This document shows positions 1 to 9,883 of a stretch of 49,556 bases of DNA, piece by piece (the stretch's first letter is position 1; every line of letters begins with the position of its first letter). The position numbers and the translations under genes were made by a program. Under the pieces are notes generated by a model, which had not been told where the DNA came from, did no database searches, and worked only from the letters and a program-made list of their open reading frames with translations. This DNA is from a bacterium (lineage in GTDB: Bacteria; DRYD01), in NCBI GenBank assembly GCA_039630415.1, contig JBCNVB010000024.1, positions 1 to 49,556 of the forward strand, written 5' to 3'.

Positions 1-1
1 A

Positions 2-166
2 ACTGAGGATATATACCTATTTGCAAACTACAGATTTATTAATTTCGATACCAAAGGTGTTTCGAGATCTGCATCAGATAACCAGCAAACAGTACAGATA
101 GACAATGGTTCATGGAGAGGAACACAGCTCTGGTTCGGAACTAGAATAATGTTCGGACAAAAATAG
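2..166 (+). CDS. 3' end of a gene truncated by the window edge; probable outer-membrane beta-barrel/porin C-terminus
   Basis: The frame starting at position 2 is open: TEDIYLFANYRFINFDTK...WRGTQLWFGTRIMFGQK, stop TAG at 164-166. Alternating aromatic/polar strands with a near-terminal Phe; a terminator follows. Confidence 0.55.
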   Translation, partial: TEDIYLFANYRFINFDTKGVSRSASDNQQTVQIDNGSWRGTQLWFGTRIMFGQK

Positions 167-187
167 TAGCAATAGATTTGCAAAATC

Positions 188-225
188 AAAAAGGGGAGAG
201 GCTAAAACCTCTCCCTTAATTTTTT
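188..225. terminator. Intrinsic terminator, probably bidirectional
   Basis: Stem GGGAGAGG (194-201), loop CTAAAA, stem CCTCTCCC (208-215). A-run before and T-run after; lies between convergent genes. Confidence 0.85.
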
Positions 226-235
226 ATAATCACTT

Positions 236-991
236 TTATCTTGCTAAAATTAACAAAGATTTTAGTAAAATGAAATCCTCAAATGTAGTCAGTTTTATAT
301 TATTTGAACTTCCTTCTACAAATCCAACGTTGAAAAGGTAAAAATCAAGTAAGGATATATCATCTGTAAATTCGATATCCAAGTTTTCTTTTCTTAATTC
401 TTCATGAGCATTAACTAATGCTTTCATTTTGAATATTTGTGGAGTTTTTATCAAATAAATATATTGCCTGGGTAGATACGTTAGGTTATTATCGTAGTTG
501 CTAGCCACGGAGTCTTTAGGTAAGCAATATAGTGTAGCTCCATCAAAATCCTTTATACTCTCTATTAGTTTTTTTACATCTTCTTCTGGTATGAAAGGTC
601 TGGCTAGATCGTGAACTATAACATAGTCAAGATACTTATTTTTAAGTATTTCCAAACCTTTATACACACTGTCTTGTCTTTTTTCACCACCTTCGGTAAA
701 ATCTATGCTTTCAAAATCGGATTTATCTATTTTTTGGCTAATAATTTGAGCTTCTATTTTTATTGTTTGAGGGTTCAAAACAAATACTACGTTGGTAATC
801 TTATCCCTAAATTTTTTGAAAACTTCATAAGAATATTCCCATATCATTTTACCATTGATTTGAATAAATATTTTGTTAAATGATTCATGGTAGGTTTTTA
901 GTGATTCTTGATGTTGAGTTATATCAACATTTGTTAGAGATTTTATAAATCTTTGTGACTTACCTGCTCCCAGCAAAACTAAACCTATCAA
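236..991 (-). CDS. ispD: 2-C-methyl-D-erythritol 4-phosphate cytidylyltransferase
   Basis: LGAGKSQRF, GGEKRQDSV, VHDLARP, TPQ, FTDD and NIKLT motifs; TTG start with an AGGAGG RBS. ispF is also in the window. Confidence 0.85.
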   Translation of the reverse strand: MIGLVLLGAGKSQRFIKSLTNVDITQHQESLKTYHESFNKIFIQINGKMIWEYSYEVFKKFRDKITNVVFVLNPQTIKIEAQIISQKIDKSDFESIDFTEGGEKRQDSVYKGLEILKNKYLDYVIVHDLARPFIPEEDVKKLIESIKDFDGATLYCLPKDSVASNYDNNLTYLPRQYIYLIKTPQIFKMKALVNAHEELRKENLDIEFTDDISLLDFYLFNVGFVEGSSNNIKLTTFEDFILLKSLLILAR

Positions 992-1012
992 ATTATTAAC
1001 ACCTCCTTGAAT

Positions 1013-1840
1013 TTATACATAATGAAAGTAGACATAGTAGTTTTTAGTAAAGTCTATTATAAACAAAACAATTAACAAGCCTAAGATTAGAGAAATAATA
1101 AACCAGCCCATGAAAATAGAAAATAATGGATTTATTATGAGGAATTTATACAGAACTAGGAAAAATATTGCAAAAGGTATGCTGAAAAATGAAATTATTA
1201 CTATTCTCCAAAATGAATCAAAAATCAAACTCCTGAAGAATATGAGAGTATTTTCATCTTGTAAATCTTGCCATATGTAAAGGATGTTATATATCAAATC
1301 TTTTGTACTTTCACATTCAACCATCTTAAGCAATATTAAGGGTAACAATAGATATGTGATTATCTGTATGAGAACCATACTAAAGCACAAAAGTATGATC
1401 AGAATGATTATCAGTGTTTTCATTATAATCTTTGTATTCATTGTTATGGTCAAAAGGTACAACAAAATAGAGAATATAATCCATCCCATATTTACAAGAA
1501 GTATTATTAACAAAGAGTTAAAGAAGGTAGCCAAAAGATTTTTCATGCTCTGTTTAAAGATATTCTCTATTTTGGGTATTTTATCAGTGTTTTCTGATGG
1601 ATTAACGAAAAAGTATATATATTCAGGATCAATTGATAGTTCTTTTACAAAGTTTCTTACGCAGATTATAAAGATTAGTATTATTGCCGCTATAGAGAAG
1701 ACATTCAAAACGGGTGAGAGTAGTATTAACAAAGATATTAAAAACCATAATATAACAAAGTCAGAGTTAAGTATGTTCCAGAGGTCCAGGATATTGAAAA
1801 TAACTATCTTTTTTATATCTTCGAATATATTTTTTTCCAT
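1013..1840 (-). CDS. Hypothetical multi-pass membrane protein
   Basis: 275-aa ORF with about 5-6 hydrophobic segments, co-oriented with its neighbours. Confidence 0.7.
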   Translation of the reverse strand: MEKNIFEDIKKIVIFNILDLWNILNSDFVILWFLISLLILLSPVLNVFSIAAIILIFIICVRNFVKELSIDPEYIYFFVNPSENTDKIPKIENIFKQSMKNLLATFFNSLLIILLVNMGWIIFSILLYLLTITMNTKIIMKTLIIILIILLCFSMVLIQIITYLLLPLILLKMVECESTKDLIYNILYIWQDLQDENTLIFFRSLIFDSFWRIVIISFFSIPFAIFFLVLYKFLIINPLFSIFMGWFIISLILGLLIVLFIIDFTKNYYVYFHYV

Positions 1841-1873
1841 TTTTGGTGCTTAAGTTTGATGCTTTTAGTTTAT

Positions 1874-2620
1874 TTAATTTAATACTTTCAGGAGTGATGT
1901 TATAGTTATAATACCAAGTAAAAAACTAAAGGATATCACATTTTTATCAGTTTTTTGGAATGATTCTGGTAATATTTCTGCCACGGTTAGGTAAATCATT
2001 GCACCTGCGGCAAATCCGAACCCTAGGGGTATACTCCAAACTAGATACTGACCTATGAAGAAAGAAGGAATGGCTGCGATAGGTTGGGGTAAGCTAGACA
2101 AAACAGCGTAAATGAAACATCTGAACAAACTCACACCCCTAGGATACATCATTAAAGCAATCATTAGTCCTTCGGGAACATTATGAATAGCTATAGCAAT
2201 AGCCATAATAGTGCCTATTTTAATTGGTTCAGAACCATTAAAAGCCATACCAATTGCAACACCCTCTGGAAAACTATGCAATAATAAAACTATAAATGTT
2301 AAAAAGGCTATTCTAGCATCTTTTTTGGAAAGGTTTTCAAATTTTATATCGTGATTGCCTATTTTTTCAGAGCTATAGTAAACGAATATTCCTCCAATAA
2401 TAAGGCCTAGTAATGTTAAGAAGATACTAAATTTAAAACCTTCATCCGCAATTACTACAAATGAAGCGCCTACCATCATACCGCCGGCAAATGAAGATAG
2501 AACTCCTATCAGTCTATCAGAAAAATTTTTAAAGAAAATTAGAGGTAATACTCCTAAACCTGTAGCTAAATCTGACAAAATTGCATAAACTACTAAGATC
2601 CAGAATAAGTTATCATTCAT
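1874..2620 (-). CDS. ZIP family metal transporter (ZupT/GufA type)
   Basis: LHSFPEG and IHNVPEG metal-site motifs, FAGGMM, FAAGAMIY...EILPE. Confidence 0.9.
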   Translation of the reverse strand: MNDNLFWILVVYAILSDLATGLGVLPLIFFKNFSDRLIGVLSSFAGGMMVGASFVVIADEGFKFSIFLTLLGLIIGGIFVYYSSEKIGNHDIKFENLSKKDARIAFLTFIVLLLHSFPEGVAIGMAFNGSEPIKIGTIMAIAIAIHNVPEGLMIALMMYPRGVSLFRCFIYAVLSSLPQPIAAIPSFFIGQYLVWSIPLGFGFAAGAMIYLTVAEILPESFQKTDKNVISFSFLLGIITITSLLKVLN

Positions 2621-2623
2621 GGT

Positions 2624-3070
2624 TTAAAAATCTACATAGAATCCGACCATGGGGTCTAACTTTTCTTTGTTTAACTTCTCTATCCCAAACTTCAGAAAAA
2701 TGTTATCCGTTATTTTGTGGTAGTAATAAATATTAATTTCTTTTTCTTTTAGGTTATTTAGTTCTGCATAAAAAATATTTTGTTTTATCTCTTTCTCGAT
2801 TGCAAAACCTAGTGAATTTTTCTCATAAAGTATATGAAATTTGGAATTTTTAAACGAATAGTTTAGTGTAGTTATGATATTATCTTGTTCAAACATTCTT
2901 TCGTATCCAAAAGTCAATTGAAACTTTTCATTAAGATTAACTGAATAATAGTAGCCAAATCTTATATCTTTAGAGTAGAGTAAAAAATCTTTCTCTATAT
3001 AGAATTTTGACCATGCGATTTTTAGCGTAAAAAGAGAAAGCAATAAGGATATACAGAGTAATCTAAGCAT
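2624..3070 (-). CDS. Small exported protein, probable outer-membrane beta-barrel
   Basis: Signal-peptide-like N-terminus (MLRLLCISLLLSLFTLKIAWS), short amphipathic aromatic strands, C-terminal VGFYVDF resembling a beta-signal. Confidence 0.55.
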   Translation of the reverse strand: MLRLLCISLLLSLFTLKIAWSKFYIEKDFLLYSKDIRFGYYYSVNLNEKFQLTFGYERMFEQDNIITTLNYSFKNSKFHILYEKNSLGFAIEKEIKQNIFYAELNNLKEKEINIYYYHKITDNIFLKFGIEKLNKEKLDPMVGFYVDF

Positions 3071-3077
3071 AAAGAAA

Positions 3078-3392
3078 TTATTCTATTAGAACAAAAATTT
3101 TACCTTCTTGTAATTTGGTTTTAAAGATATTGATAGGTGCTACTGCTGGCATTTTTAAGGCTTTACCGGTTTGTATATCAAATTTTGCTCCATGATACTT
3201 ACACTCTATTGTACTATCTTCAATTTTACCATCTGACAAAGGTTTATCATCGTGGCTACATCTATTCTCTACAGCGAAAAAACTATCTTTTATCTTGATT
3301 ACTAGTATTTCAGTATCGTCTGATAATCTATATAGTTTTTTATTTGTTTGATTAAAATCATGTATAGATCCTACTTCTACCCAATTACTCAT
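3078..3392 (-). CDS. Rieske-type [2Fe-2S] ferredoxin
   Basis: CSH...CKYH Rieske ligand set followed by GAKFDIQTG; overlaps the sufD stop. Confidence 0.92.
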   Translation of the reverse strand: MSNWVEVGSIHDFNQTNKKLYRLSDDTEILVIKIKDSFFAVENRCSHDDKPLSDGKIEDSTIECKYHGAKFDIQTGKALKMPAVAPINIFKTKLQEGKIFVLIE

Positions 3393-4425
3393 GGTACTCC
3401 TCTCCTGTAACCTTTTTGTATATTATGGGATATAAATTGTTTTGAAGATTTTCCTCTAGTTTATCTAGTAAAAAACCTTCTGTTATAAGTTTTACTGCTT
3501 CTTCTCTACTTACACCTCTGGACATAAAATAATATATTGCTTCCTCATCTATTGAGGAAACAACAGCTCCATGTGTACAGGCAACTTCCTGATTTAGTAT
3601 CTCCAATTCTGGTATAGTTTCTACCTTCGCCTTGTCAGAAAGAAGTATATTTCTACTATTTTGGTATGCGTTACAATACTTTGCATCTTTTTCTATTCTC
3701 AGCATTCCTGTATATATACTTCTGGATCTACCATCAGCTATTGATCTGTAAACACTTAAACTCTTAGAGCTTGATTTAAGATGTATATTCTCTGTTCTAT
3801 AGTCAACGTGCTGTGTAGCATCAACCTTTGCTAAAATGTAAACTACAAAATTAGAGTTCAACCCGTCTATTAGTGATCTTATATGTGTTTTTTCATACTT
3901 GGGATTAAAGCTTGAAAATACCATCCGAACATCACTATTATCCATCATTCTTAAATATACAAAATTATGAGCATAAGAATTATGGAATGAGTGATCGAAT
4001 AGTATTCTTACTTTAGAGTTATCTTGTACTAGTATTTCTATTACGTTATTAGTAGTTGTTTGGTTAGTATTATCGTACAGATTTAGAACTAGATCTATTT
4101 CCAGGTTTGGGGCTATTTTAATTTGTCCTCTTGTTAGGTTATATTTTCCACTGAAAAGAATTGATAGATTATAAACTCCATTTTTTACTATTTCTGTTGC
4201 AAATTTATCCGTATGATACATGTAATTGTATACTGTTATTTTTTCTGGATAGTTAATTGTGATGGGTTCAAAAATTTCTTTCTCGACTAAGTTAAGATTG
4301 GAGGAAAGAGTTATTTGGGTTGTTGGAGATTCATCTTTAACAAAGTATGAGTATTCACTATATCTCCAGGTATGTTGTGTTTTAAGTGGTTGTGGTAGTT
4401 TTTCATATATTTCTTTTATTAGCAT
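3385..4425 (-). CDS. sufD: Fe-S cluster assembly protein SufD
   Basis: WRYS near the N-terminus; NAYQNSRNILLS, PELEI...VACTHGA, YYFMSRG; lies downstream of sufB. Confidence 0.9.
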   Translation of the reverse strand: MLIKEIYEKLPQPLKTQHTWRYSEYSYFVKDESPTTQITLSSNLNLVEKEIFEPITINYPEKITVYNYMYHTDKFATEIVKNGVYNLSILFSGKYNLTRGQIKIAPNLEIDLVLNLYDNTNQTTTNNVIEILVQDNSKVRILFDHSFHNSYAHNFVYLRMMDNSDVRMVFSSFNPKYEKTHIRSLIDGLNSNFVVYILAKVDATQHVDYRTENIHLKSSSKSLSVYRSIADGRSRSIYTGMLRIEKDAKYCNAYQNSRNILLSDKAKVETIPELEILNQEVACTHGAVVSSIDEEAIYYFMSRGVSREEAVKLITEGFLLDKLEENLQNNLYPIIYKKVTGEEYHE

Positions 4426-4476
4426 TCTTATTTCACCTCTATCTTATTATCTTATTTTTTAGGTTTTTTGTAACTT

Positions 4477-5895
4477 TTATCCTACACTTCCTTCCATTTC
4501 TAGAGCTATTAATCTGTTCATCTCTACGGCGTACTCCATAGGTAACTCTTTTATAAAGCTTTCAATGAATCCATGAACTATTAGTGTTTTAGCTTCTTCA
4601 GGAGATAAACCTCTAGACATTAAGTAGTACAGTTGTTGTTCGCTTATTTTGCTTACTGTTGCTTCATGAGTTATAGCTGCTTTAGGTTGATGGACTTCTA
4701 TAACTGGATAGGTATCAGTTCTGCTTTCGGGATCAAGTAGTAGAGCATCACATTGAACATTTACTTTAGAGTCTACTGCTTCTTTATATACTTTAACTAG
4801 TCCTCTATAGCTGGCTCTTCCACTACCGATAGATATAGATTTAGAAGTGACTGTAGCTGATGTTCTGGGTGCTGCTAGAACTATTTTTGAACCTGCGTCT
4901 TGGTGTTGGCCAGTTTTAGCAAAAGCGACTGATATGATTTCTCCCGTTGCATTTTCTCCTATCAGGTATATAGAAGGATATTTCATAGTCAATAGACTTC
5001 CTATATTAGCATCTATCCAACCAACCTTAGCATTCTTATGAGCAACGGCTCTCTTAGTAACCAAGTTAAAAACATCCCTGGACCAATTTTGGATAGTAAT
5101 GTACTGAACTTTAGAATTCGGTAGAGCAATAATTTCAACCACTGCTGAGTGTAGAGAATGAGAAGAATAAACAGGAGCTGTACAACCTTCAATATAAGTA
5201 ACCTCAGAACCTTCATCTGCTATTATCAATGTTCTTTCAAATTGACCCATGTTTTTTGCATTTATTCTAAAATATGCTTGAAGAGGAATAGATACTTTTA
5301 CGTTCGGAGGAACATAAACAAAAGATCCACCTGACCATACTGCACTATTTAAAGCAGCGAATTTATTGTCTTCGGGGGGTATAACTGTTCCGAAGTATTT
5401 GCGTACCAATTCTGGATGTTCTTTTAATCCTGTGTCCATATCTGTGAATATAACACCTTGTTTTGCTAGGTCTTCTCTTACTGAATGGTAAACTACTTCA
5501 GATTCATACTGAGCTGTAACCCCTGCAAGGAATTTTCTTTCTGCTTCAGGGATACCTAGTCTTTCAAAAGTTTTTTTAATGTATTCAGGTACTTCTTCCC
5601 ATGATGTTTTATGATCATCCTGTGGTTTTACGTAGTAATGTATATCGTCAAAGTTTATTTGGCTTAGAAGTTCTGTGTTACCCCAGGTGGGCATAGGTTT
5701 ACTTATGAAAATTCTATAAGCTCTAACTCTGAACTCAGTCATCCATTCTGGTTCACCTTTGATTTTACTTATCTTTATTACTTTATCCTCATCCAATCCC
5801 TTTTCGAAGATTTCCTTATACAAATATGGATCTTTGAAATCGTACTTGTACTCTTTAGCCATTTCCCGAAGTTCTAGAATTGACCTATCTTCCAT
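4477..5895 (-). CDS. sufB: Fe-S cluster assembly protein SufB
   Basis: KFAALNSAVWSGGSF, GQFERTLII, YIEGCTAP, HEATVSKI, YLMSRG; no intein. Confidence 0.97.
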   Translation of the reverse strand: MEDRSILELREMAKEYKYDFKDPYLYKEIFEKGLDEDKVIKISKIKGEPEWMTEFRVRAYRIFISKPMPTWGNTELLSQINFDDIHYYVKPQDDHKTSWEEVPEYIKKTFERLGIPEAERKFLAGVTAQYESEVVYHSVREDLAKQGVIFTDMDTGLKEHPELVRKYFGTVIPPEDNKFAALNSAVWSGGSFVYVPPNVKVSIPLQAYFRINAKNMGQFERTLIIADEGSEVTYIEGCTAPVYSSHSLHSAVVEIIALPNSKVQYITIQNWSRDVFNLVTKRAVAHKNAKVGWIDANIGSLLTMKYPSIYLIGENATGEIISVAFAKTGQHQDAGSKIVLAAPRTSATVTSKSISIGSGRASYRGLVKVYKEAVDSKVNVQCDALLLDPESRTDTYPVIEVHQPKAAITHEATVSKISEQQLYYLMSRGLSPEEAKTLIVHGFIESFIKELPMEYAVEMNRLIALEMEGSVG

Positions 5896-5921
5896 AATTA
5901 AACCTCCTCCTGAATTTTTAC

Positions 5922-6680
5922 CTAATTCTCAACTGCCATACTACTTTCTAACCAACTATATCCTTTTTCGTCTATTTCTTTTGCTAAAGATTTATCTCCT
6001 GTTAGAACTATTTTACCGTTTATCATTACATGTACTTTATCGGGAGTAAGATACTGAAGAAGTCTAGAGTAGTGTGTGATAAATATTATTGAAGTATCAG
6101 GATTATTTTGAACATATTCGACTATATATTTAACAACCGACTTAAGTCCATCTATATCTAAACCAGAGTCTATTTCATCGAGTATAGCTAATTTTGGTTT
6201 ATACACCAGTAACTGCATAGCTTCTATTCTTTTTCTTTCTCCTCCTGAAAATCCTTCGTTAAGGTACCTCCTCATTGTATCTTCAGGTATACCAAATTTG
6301 TTTAAGAGCTCTATTATTTGCTTTCGTATTTTGGGGTAAGGTATATTGTCTGGATAGAATTTTTTAGTGGTATATCTAAAGAAGTTAGCTAGGGTTACTC
6401 CAGGAATTTCTATAGGATTTTGAAAGGCAAGATATATACCCTTGATAGCCCTTTCATTTGTAGGAATTTCATTTATTAGCTCATTATTGAAGTAAATTTC
6501 TCCATCAATTATTTCGTAATCTGGGTTACCCATTATAACGTGACCTAATGTAGATTTACCACTTCCATTTTTACCCATTATACAGTGTATTTCTCCTTTA
6601 TTAACCTCTAAATTAACACCATTTAGTATTTGTTTATTCATCGACTTTACTTTTACGATGAGATTATCTATTTTCAGCAT
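5922..6680 (-). CDS. sufC: Fe-S cluster assembly ATPase SufC
   Basis: Walker A GKNGSGKST, FQNPIEIPGV, NEGFSGGERKR, LDEIDSGLDID, ITHY. Confidence 0.97.
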   Translation of the reverse strand: MLKIDNLIVKVKSMNKQILNGVNLEVNKGEIHCIMGKNGSGKSTLGHVIMGNPDYEIIDGEIYFNNELINEIPTNERAIKGIYLAFQNPIEIPGVTLANFFRYTTKKFYPDNIPYPKIRKQIIELLNKFGIPEDTMRRYLNEGFSGGERKRIEAMQLLVYKPKLAILDEIDSGLDIDGLKSVVKYIVEYVQNNPDTSIIFITHYSRLLQYLTPDKVHVMINGKIVLTGDKSLAKEIDEKGYSWLESSMAVEN

Positions 6681-6716
6681 CTTGTTACCTCCTTATAGAT
6701 TGTACTTGTTTTAAAT

Positions 6717-6731
6717 TTGTAATCATTACAA
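6717..6731. promoter_or_regulatory. Fur-family (PerR/Zur-like) 7-1-7 operator upstream of sufC
   Basis: Perfect inverted repeat TTGTAAT-C-ATTACAA, 37-51 bp upstream of the sufC ATG. Confidence 0.7.
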
Positions 6732-6774
6732 TAATATCTACTATACTCTTAGACTTTTTTGTCGATAATCCTTT

Positions 6775-8187
6775 TTATTTGCCTATACAAAATCTTGATA
6801 ACATATTTTCGATCACTAATTCTGATAGGTTTTCTCCAGTTAGTTCAAGTATACAGTTTAGTGTTTCTCTCAGATTAATAGCTATTACTTCCTCAAATAG
6901 TTCAAAGTCTTCAAGCGTTTTGGTTAGTAAATAGCTTATTTTTTTCAGAATTTCGTATTGAAAACTATCGATTAAAATGTTATCCTGGTAGTTATCTATA
7001 CCTATTATTCTGGATATTTCTTGGTGAATTTTGTCAAGGTTTATGTTATGCTTTATTGAGCATGGAATTATTTTGAAGGTTATATTTTTTAGATTGTTGG
7101 TTACAAAAGTTTGTAAATGATTTATGAAATTTGAGATATCTTGATCTGGTTCCAAGGTATCTATTTTATTTACAAGGATGAGTAGTTTATGTTGTAGAGG
7201 ATCCAAGCTGGATAGGGGTTCTATATCATTTTCGTCAAAGGACAGTGCTTCTACAACCCAAAAAACTAAGGTGGATTTCTTTATTATTTCTTTTGCTTTA
7301 TCTATACCTATTTTTTCGATTATATCACCAGTTTTTCTAAATCCAGCCGTATCGTATAGTTTTAAAATAATTCCGTTGAGATTTATATATTCACTTACAA
7401 TATCTCTAGTAGTTCCAGGTATTTCACTTATGATTACTCTTTCTTGACCATATAGATAATTGAATAGGGATGATTTACCAACGTTTGGTTTACCGATTAT
7501 TACAGTGTCTATTCCTTCTCTATACATCTTGCTTAGCTCATAGTTGGATATTATTTGATTTACCTGTTGCAGAAGTAGCTGGATATCTTGTTTAAGGTTT
7601 TGTAGATTTATGTTGGGTATATCTTCTTCGGGGAAATCAATTAAAGCTTCTACCCATCCTAACCAATAAAGTATTCTCTGTTTTATGGTGTCTATTTTTT
7701 GGTAAAATTTACCCTGCAAGTTATTGATGGCTAGTTTTAGCATTTGCTCAGTAGTTGATTCGATAATATCTCTAATTGCTATAGCTTTGGTTAGATCCAT
7801 TTTTTTGTTCAAAACAGCTCTGAGAGTAAACTCTCCGGGTTTGGCTAATCTACAACCTTTGTCTAACAGTATATTAACTATTTTTTGCATTAAAATGATA
7901 TTTCCATGACAGTTAATTTCGATTATATCTTCTCCTGTATAGCTTTTAGGAGATTTGTAAACTATAACTACTACTTCATCCACTATTTCTCCATTGTTTT
8001 TCAGGTAGCCGAAATATACTCTATGACTAGGTGAGGTTTGAAGGTTTACTCTTTTATTCGAAGGTTCAAAAATACTTGAAACTACTTCTATAGCTCTGCT
8101 ACCGGAAACCCTTATTACCCCTATAGCTGCATTCTTCAAACCGCTTGATATGGCTACTATGGTAGAATCATCTGATAGTAATTTCAT
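6775..8187 (-). CDS. mnmE: tRNA modification GTPase MnmE
   Basis: SYTGED, GEFTLRA, GKPNVGKSS, GTTRD, DTAG, NKID and C-terminal FCIGK. Confidence 0.97.
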   Translation of the reverse strand: MKLLSDDSTIVAISSGLKNAAIGVIRVSGSRAIEVVSSIFEPSNKRVNLQTSPSHRVYFGYLKNNGEIVDEVVVIVYKSPKSYTGEDIIEINCHGNIILMQKIVNILLDKGCRLAKPGEFTLRAVLNKKMDLTKAIAIRDIIESTTEQMLKLAINNLQGKFYQKIDTIKQRILYWLGWVEALIDFPEEDIPNINLQNLKQDIQLLLQQVNQIISNYELSKMYREGIDTVIIGKPNVGKSSLFNYLYGQERVIISEIPGTTRDIVSEYINLNGIILKLYDTAGFRKTGDIIEKIGIDKAKEIIKKSTLVFWVVEALSFDENDIEPLSSLDPLQHKLLILVNKIDTLEPDQDISNFINHLQTFVTNNLKNITFKIIPCSIKHNINLDKIHQEISRIIGIDNYQDNILIDSFQYEILKKISYLLTKTLEDFELFEEVIAINLRETLNCILELTGENLSELVIENMLSRFCIGK

Positions 8188-9883
8188 GGCTAAGAAAATC
8201 CTTTATTCTTTGTTCTATGTACGAATCAATATCTTCAACATTTTGCATACCTCTCTCTATTGACTTAACAAAGTCAATTATTTGGCTTTTAGGTATGTTT
8301 ATGATCGGGTCAACTATGAATATATTGTCTTTTTTTTCGATGATTTTTTCGTAGTCAAAAAATAGTTCTTCTTGTAATTTTTCTCCCTTTTTTAATCCAA
8401 CTATATGGATATCCACTTTTCTACTTGGTGCTATTAGTTGGATTACTTTTTGAGCTAATTCATATATGTTTATTTGTTCTCCCATGTCTAAAACAGCAAT
8501 TTTACCACTGTCTATATACATGGAACTAATAATAAGTTTGGCAGCTTCTTCTGGTAACATGAAGTATCTCTTTACATTCTTATCAGTTATCAAGACTTTA
8601 TTGTACATGTTTATCTGTTTAATTAATGAGGGAATTAAACTACCAGAGGTACCAAAAACATTTCCAAATCTTACAACTATGGCTTTTAGGTAATCCTGCT
8701 TGTAAGATAGAGTCAAAATCTCACCTATTCTTTTGGTCAATCCCATAAAATTAATTGGATTAACTGCTTTATCTGTTGATATGAAAATAAAAGTTCTATG
8801 TTTAGATTTCAAGGCTTCCAGGGTATTAAGTAAGCCAATTACATTGGTTTTATAGGCAATATATTTATTTTCTTCAACGATGGGTACATGCTTCTTAGCT
8901 GCACAGTGAAAAATTATATCTACGTTTCCAACTATCTTGTCTAAGTAAGGTTCCTGAATATCGAATAATATATACTCCTTTTTGCAACTCTCAAAAGGTA
9001 GAAGTTCCAAATACAAATTATGAAGATTTTCTTCACTAATGTCAACAAATTTTATATGCTTAGCACCTTTGTTTATTAGCTCTTTGCAGATGTACTTACC
9101 AATACTTCCTCCTGCTCCGGTAATCAAATAAATCTTATCTGGATCAATTTCGAGATTGATCAATCTTCTTTCCCTTTTTATGATATCCTCAACTCTAAAG
9201 TTGTGAATAAAAACTCCGGGAGTAAACTCTATTTTTCTTATTATTGCCCCAAGGGGTTTAAAATCTACTACTTTGTAGTAAACTTCTTCCCCAACATCCT
9301 TATCAACGTATACTTCATTAACGGGTATATTTCTCAGAAAAGACAGATCATAGTAGATTGGTATTCCTTTAAAAAGTCTTCCTTTGGGGATTTTTTCGTC
9401 TAGAAATATGGCAAGTATATTATAACTCGTAAGCTCTTGAAAAATTCTTGATAAGTTATTTTCTTTACAAACGATTACAGCTGTAGGAAATACATTTTTG
9501 TTTATTTGGTATTCTTTTAAGCCTCTATAAAATACTCTGATGGAAATTATGAACATGATTGAAATAGGTAATGAAATTAAAAAGATTGTACGTGGTATAT
9601 ATAGTCCCTCACTAAAATAAAAGAAAGCGCCCATAAACAGGTTTACACTTAAAAAACTAAGTATAGTCTTAGTGTATTCTCTTAAGGAAGAATACTCCCA
9701 TTTTTCTTCATATTCCCCAAAAGACACAAACGTAAATACATTGATAAGTGAGTAAGCTACGAAAAAAGGCAATTTGGAAGACAATAGGTCATACGGGATA
9801 GCAAAATCAAATCTCAGTATGGTGGAAATAATAAGGGAAAAAAGTATAAGTAAAAAATCTAAGAAGATGAGAAGTAAGTTCAT
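8168..9883 (-). CDS. Membrane-bound nucleotide-sugar 4,6-dehydratase (CapD/PglF/WbpM type)
   Basis: About four N-terminal TM helices, then TGAGGSIG, HCAAKKHVP, STDKA, MGLTK, VRFGNV and GEKLQEEL. Confidence 0.9.
   Translation of the reverse strand: MNLLLIFLDFLLILFSLIISTILRFDFAIPYDLLSSKLPFFVAYSLINVFTFVSFGEYEEKWEYSSLREYTKTILSFLSVNLFMGAFFYFSEGLYIPRTIFLISLPISIMFIISIRVFYRGLKEYQINKNVFPTAVIVCKENNLSRIFQELTSYNILAIFLDEKIPKGRLFKGIPIYYDLSFLRNIPVNEVYVDKDVGEEVYYKVVDFKPLGAIIRKIEFTPGVFIHNFRVEDIIKRERRLINLEIDPDKIYLITGAGGSIGKYICKELINKGAKHIKFVDISEENLHNLYLELLPFESCKKEYILFDIQEPYLDKIVGNVDIIFHCAAKKHVPIVEENKYIAYKTNVIGLLNTLEALKSKHRTFIFISTDKAVNPINFMGLTKRIGEILTLSYKQDYLKAIVVRFGNVFGTSGSLIPSLIKQINMYNKVLITDKNVKRYFMLPEEAAKLIISSMYIDSGKIAVLDMGEQINIYELAQKVIQLIAPSRKVDIHIVGLKKGEKLQEELFFDYEKIIEKKDNIFIVDPIINIPKSQIIDFVKSIERGMQNVEDIDSYIEQRIKDFLSHEITIR

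Noticed and set aside
4426-4476. TCTTATT repeated three times between sufB and sufD
   Set aside because: Low-complexity AT-rich sequence around the RBS with irregular spacing.
6752-6763. GAC-N6-GTC as an IscR/Rrf2 site upstream of suf
   Set aside because: Only 3-bp arms, flanks do not extend the symmetry, and the spacing differs from the IscR consensus.
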